DNA from: Felis catus | Taxonomy: Eukaryota | NCBI RefSeq assembly: GCF_018350175.1 | Contig: NC_058370.1 | Span: forward strand, 118,482,001-118,546,000 | DNA: 64,000 nucleotides | Reading direction: 5' to 3' | Shown: positions 61,976 to 64,000 of the stretch, piece by piece | How the letters are laid out: each line of letters begins with the position of its first letter | How positions within the stretch are numbered: the first letter of the stretch is position 1 | Notes under the pieces: model-generated | Told to the model about the DNA's origin: nothing | Seen by the model: only the letters and a program-made list of their open reading frames with translations | Database searches by the model: none | Position numbers and translations under genes: made by a program

Positions 61976-63817
61976 TCAGTGCCCGCCGGTGCCTGGGAAA
62001 GAAAGCTCGGTGGGCAGGCGCTCCGAAGGTACTTGGCGGCTCCGGACCCCAGCTCACCCACTTTCCCCAGTGGGTTTCTCCTCTACCTCCCGACCCAACT
62101 CGGTCTTCCCAAGCCCCAGAGTAAAGGCTGGTGGGAAAGTGTACTTCTGCACGCGCGCTAGGGGGCGCGCCCCTCCTGCCGGGGGTTGGGAGGCTCCCAG
62201 CGATCCCCGTGCCACGGGAAGGCCATCATCGAAGAGGGGACCGGAGCGTAGGGCCAGCCCCGCCAGGCCCTTCAGGCCACACTCACCTTCCGGCCCATCC
62301 GGCCGCTCTTCCTCTGGCCCCGCGCTGCCCTCTTCCCCCTCCAACGCCACCTCCTCATCCTCTTCCTCCCCGGAAGCGCCTGGCCCCAAGGAAAGCGCGG
62401 TGAGGTGGGAGTCCCGCTTCTCTGGTCGTCCCCCCCCCACACACACACACACCGCGCCCCTCTGGACCCCCGGTCCCCGCGGCCTGCCGCCCCCTCCCAT
62501 CCTGCGTCCCTCACCCGCCTGGAAGTCGATGGTCCTCAGCATTTCGGCCACGTGCTCCACGCTCACGGTGAACTGATCCATGCTTTCATAGCCCGGCTCT
62601 GGCCGTCCTGCCAGCTCCACTTTCGACATTGTCCCGACCCTGCGGCGCGGCAGCCGCTCAGCTGGAAACGCCCCCCGCACCCGCAACCCCCTCCGCGCGG
62701 CGGCGGAGCCCCGGCAGCCCCTTCCTTGCCTTTCCCGCTCGGCCTACTCACTTATTGATCAGCTCCTTGGCCTGCTGCAGGGAAGAAAGGAGGGGGAGCG
62801 TAAGCACCGTGCCAAGCGCTGGCAAAGTCCCGTTTCTGGTGCCCACAGTCCCGCGGGGTGGGCGGGGATGCGTATCCCAATTCGTTGAGGAGCAGGTGGA
62901 CTCAGACGGGGGTGACTCGCCCGAGGCAAAGTGGGGCAGACGGGTGCCGGAGGTAAGACGGGAGCCCCGCCCTCCAGGTGGTGCCCTCCAGGTGCCCGGG
63001 CCCCCACGGCAGCCACTCTGCGGCCTGCCTCCCTCCCCCGGGGCCCACCTGGAGGTAGAGCGCCATCTGTGGCTCCTCCATGGACTGGATGGCCGACTCC
63101 ACGAGCTTAGAGGAGGCCTCCAGGTGGTCTCCGTACTGGCGGATGAGGCCCCGCACGCGCTGCAGCTTCTGCTCCTGCTCGCGGGCCAGCGCCTGCAGCA
63201 ACTCAGCCTTGCGCTCTTCCAGCACCGCGCACAGGGCCTCGAACCTCTGGGTTAGTAACTGCTTCTGCCGCCGGCTGTTGTCCTGAAAGAGGGGAGCAAG
63301 GGTGAGACCTCCTTCTTGGTCGGGAGAGCACTCCCCGCCAAAGGGAAGCCACCGGGGCCAAGAAAGTACCCCACATAGCGGCAGACCTACAGGTGCAGCC
63401 AAGGGCAGGGTCTTCTCAGTAATAACCGTTACAAGATTTTTAAAAATTGAGATATAATTGACTTTTAACATTACATTAGTTTCGGGTGTACAATGTAGTG
63501 ATTCGGCATCTGTATATATTGTGAAGGGATCACAAGTCTAGTTACCATCCGTCACTATAGTTACAAAGCACAGAGAAGTGAAGTGACTGGGCCAAAGTCA
63601 CAGAGCTAGCAAGGGGCACAGCTGGGACTCAAACCTAGCAGCTTGGCTAAGCATATCCCACCACTTGTGATTCACCCCCCAGGAACCCAGAAATCTCCCC
63701 TCCCTCCCATCCCAGGCTCACCTCTATGGTCTGGCACACCTCCTCCATCTGTGTGATCACTGCCTGCACGCGGTCGTTGCCGGCCACCAGCATTGCGATT
63801 CCATCGCTGAGCTCACT
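61976..63817 (-). CDS. TRIM54: TRIM54/MuRF3, 3' portion (coiled-coil, COS box, acidic tail); gene starts beyond the window
   Basis: Exons: 63722-63817 ([18 protein letters not shown]), 63049-63282, 62752-62774, 62515-62639, 62287-62379, 61976-61992 (TGA). All are GT-AG and in phase. Confidence 0.96.
63436..63567 (-). mobile_element. L1 3' terminal fragment in a TRIM54 intron
   Basis: aattgagatataattgac..tttcgggtgtacaatgtagtgattc..tctagttaccatccgtcac. Confidence 0.75.
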
Positions 63818-64000
63818 CTGCCACACACACAGGCCAGCACTTAGAACTGGGGGGCCCTGCCTAGAGCCGTACCCCTCCCATCCGGGCAGGGCACCCCCTC
63901 CACCCCACCATCAGGGCTATTCCAGAGATCTAGATGGCTTGGAACCATCTAAGAAGTGTGGAAGCACATTCACGGGTTCTGGAAGGAGGCGGAGAGAGGA

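Larger units (their letters stand above)
60350..63300. other. Large CpG island covering all of UCN and the 3' exons of TRIM54
   Basis: Very high GC and CpG density by inspection. Confidence 0.8.

Noticed and set aside
61591-63255. Many long overlapping ORFs (e.g. 61902-62576 +, 62629-63255 +, 61615-62061 -)
   Set aside because: These are stop-poor frames expected in a CpG island, with low-complexity Pro/Arg/Gly translations and no recognisable domain.

Overview
This is mammalian genomic DNA, almost certainly from a felid, judged by abundant Can-SINEs including young SINEC_Fc-like copies. It covers the gene-dense block syntenic to human 2p23.3. In order: the 3' part of PPM1G (+), ZNF513 (+), SNX17 (-), EIF2B4 (+), GTF3C2 (+), MPV17 (+), UCN (+) and the 3' part of TRIM54/MuRF3 (-). 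I placed exon boundaries by hand from GT-AG sites, and the reading phase is consistent across all visible exons. Thirteen N-runs hide several exons; they appear length-preserving and fall mostly on exons. Introns and intergenic DNA carry Can-SINE, L1, L2, MIR, hAT/Tigger MITEs and MaLR/ERVL-type LTRs. I found no evidence of a new protein-coding gene or a wholly new biological system. The best observations are locus-level. TRIM54 keeps a C-terminal tail that human appears to have lost. The mature urocortin peptide has a D-to-E change. SNX17 and ZNF513 may have overlapping 3' ends. There are uORFs, ZNF143/YY1 promoter motifs and repeated SINE insertions at single target sites. Gene names and cross-species comparisons come from recalled orthologue sequences, not from a database search.
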